Shown: positions 62,665-64,000 of the stretch, piece after piece | Layout of the letters: each line of letters begins with the position of its first letter | How positions within the stretch are numbered: the first letter of the stretch is position 1 | Source: a virus | Strand: one strand, 5' to 3' | DNA: 64,000 nt | Virus record (IMG/VR): IMGVR_UViG_3300045988_180190 | Made by a program: the position numbers and the translations under genes | Notes under the pieces: generated by a model | What the model saw: the letters and a program-made list of their open reading frames with translations, nothing else | Told to the model about the DNA's origin: nothing | Databases searched by the model: none

Positions 62665-64000
62665 ACTACTAACATGCTTGTTGCCGCAGATTTATATTGT
62701 AGGATAATTCCTGGTTTAAGAATTGCTACAATTGTACCTAGAGTAGACCAACTAAGTACATTGGGGTACAAGCTGAAAGAAATAGAGCAAGGTTATAGGT
62801 TTAACCCAAGCAAGGTAAACGCAAAATTTAAATCCAATTTGCATTATAAAGAATATGATCACGGCAAGGCTAGAATGTCCTTGCATAGAATGTATTACAT
62901 TCTTACAGATGCTTCAAAAATGCGTTCACCTACATTTGATTGGATTAATTTCGACGAATATCAAGATTTCGATTCAACGTTAGAAAAAGTTGTCAAATCT
63001 ACACAATCTCGTTCCGAATTTAGATCTGTAACCTACGGTGGCACCTCAAAATCAACGGATACTCCTTTGGAGCAACGTTGGCTGGAATCTGCAAGAGGAC
63101 TTTGGAGAATGACTTGTCCTGCTTGCCATTTTGACAATTATCCGGATTTAAACCACAATGTATTGGATATGATACGCCCAAAGGGTTTATGCTGTCTAAA
63201 ATGCGGGAGAGTTTTAAACGTGCGTAATGGTTGTTGGGATTTCGAAGCACCTGCCATGTTAAAATATGGCTTATGGGGATTTCATATACCGCAAATCATA
63301 GTTCCAGCTAATACAGAGAAACAATCAATTTACATCGATATTTACAAAGCTTCGCAATCTTCAGATAAAAAATCATTTTTAGAAGAGTATCTTGGTGAGG
63401 CTACAGAATCTGGTACTAAAGAAATAACAACAAAAGATCTGCAAAATATCTGCATTCTAGGGGATATACGTGACGTACAAAAGCAAGCAATCGCCGCTGT
63501 TCCTCCAAAATATATCTTTAAAGTATCTGGATGCGACTGGGGAGGTTCGGACTACAATCCTGCGACAAGGTCCAAAGCTTCATATACTGCACATTGTATA
63601 ATTGGGGTCACCCCAGATCACAAGTTCGACATACTTCATATGAAAAAATATGCAGGTATGGACTACGATGATATTACGCACTGTATTGCCAAAGATCATC
63701 ATAGATTTGGATGTTATGCTCTCGCTAATGACTACGGTAATAATGCAGTATACGTAAATGAGTTAAAGAAACTTGTTGATCCATTGAAAGTTATCTTGTT
63801 TAAATATAAGGCTACCGGAACCTTCCTTTCGATACCGAAAAATTCCGAGATGTTTAATTTATATTCCCTGCATCGCACAGATAGTATTACAACTTTGTTT
63901 ATGGATGTGAAAAACCGTCGCCTGCGCTCACCACGTTGGGACCAAGTCGTTGAATTTCTAAAAGACTTTTTGGTTTTGACTCGTGTGCCATGGGAGTCCC
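62293..64000 (+). CDS. terL: split-intein C-fragment fused to the terminase large subunit C-terminal part (ORF runs off the right edge)
   Basis: My translation is MPEKIESNNPKF...GILSHN|TTNMLVAADLYCRIIPGLRIATIV ... Walker B WINFDEYQDF ... YGGTSKS ... nuclease-domain VSGCDWGGSD. The frame is open to 64000 and absent from the ORF track because it has no stop. Confidence 0.85.
   Translation, partial: MPEKIESNNPKFIESYSVEDWQIETPNGWEDIESVHKTIPFDVWQIVTANKKVLHCADEHAVITENGEKTHAKKSLDNNIITSDGISSVVSVDKLPLPPEHMYDITLKSDTSHVYFTNGILSHNTTNMLVAADLYCRIIPGLRIATIVPRVDQLSTLGYKLKEIEQGYRFNPSKVNAKFKSNLHYKEYDHGKARMSLHRMYYILTDASKMRSPTFDWINFDEYQDFDSTLEKVVKSTQSRSEFRSVTYGGTSKSTDTPLEQRWLESARGLWRMTCPACHFDNYPDLNHNVLDMIRPKGLCCLKCGRVLNVRNGCWDFEAPAMLKYGLWGFHIPQIIVPANTEKQSIYIDIYKASQSSDKKSFLEEYLGEATESGTKEITTKDLQNICILGDIRDVQKQAIAAVPPKYIFKVSGCDWGGSDYNPATRSKASYTAHCIIGVTPDHKFDILHMKKYAGMDYDDITHCIAKDHHRFGCYALANDYGNNAVYVNELKKLVDPLKVILFKYKATGTFLSIPKNSEMFNLYSLHRTDSITTLFMDVKNRRLRSPRWDQVVEFLKDFLVLTRVPWES

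Noticed and set aside
62281-63250. Minus-strand ORFs 62281..62505, 62337..62771 and 63020..63250
   Set aside because: They are antisense to the open plus-strand terL C-fragment, which has clear intein and terminase motifs. They are shadow ORFs.
1-64000. Stop-codon reassignment (as seen in some gut phages)
   Set aside because: Kilobase-scale ORFs are intact under the standard code on both strands. None of the five tRNAs has a CUA, UCA or UUA anticodon.
1-64000. Reverse transcriptase, DGR or retron
   Set aside because: No YxDD-type RT motif was found in any ORF, and there are no template/variable repeat pairs. The direct repeats found are identical rather than A-mutated.

Overview
The window looks like a 64-kb piece of an AT-rich tailed dsDNA phage genome. 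Core genes mostly lack Shine-Dalgarno sites, which suggests a Bacteroidota-type gut phage, but that is inference only. Genes are densely packed, mostly on the minus strand. All calls come from motif reading of the ORF track and my own translation of the sequence; no searches were run.

Layout:
- 0.6-17.8 kb: replication and recombination module. It holds a RecQ-like helicase, a solo TnpB element, a RecA-like ATPase, a family A DNA polymerase fused to a UDG-like domain and interrupted by an intein, a class II ribonucleotide reductase interrupted by a large HNH intein, and a DnaG-like primase.
- 17.8-18.8 kb: a 1-kb divergent control region with a repeat-flanked GC-rich island.
- 18.8-27.9 kb: a 687-aa orphan gene on the plus strand, a DnaB-like helicase, tRNA-Asn followed by about 550 nt of structured non-coding sequence, and a 1267-aa orphan.
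- 27.9-30.6 kb: a terminator-bounded JAB / E1-like / putative ubiquitin-like triad next to dUTPase.
- 31-47 kb: SF2 helicase, SbcCD-like nuclease, tRNA-Leu and tRNA-Gln, dCMP-deaminase-like protein, a Pnkp-type kinase-phosphatase-ligase RNA repair protein, and small orphans.
- 47.4-59.5 kb: accessory block. It holds a repeat-flanked mini-cassette, tRNA-Thr and tRNA-Pro flanking a 384-nt structured spacer, a pentapeptide-repeat protein, six tandem paralogs, a Lar-like protein, a methyltransferase fragment, a full IS200/IS605 element (tnpA + tnpB), lipoproteins, and an NxGxx-repeat protein.
- 59.5-64 kb: a third TnpB element, then a terminase large subunit split inside its Walker A loop by a split intein, with the two halves on opposite strands.

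No rRNA, CRISPR array or reverse transcriptase was seen. The strongest leads are:
- the fractured, trans-spliced terL
- the phage-borne Ubl/E1/JAB triad
- three inteins in three essential genes
- three TnpB elements plus an orphan right end
- three GC-rich structured non-coding islands
- the tandem paralog array
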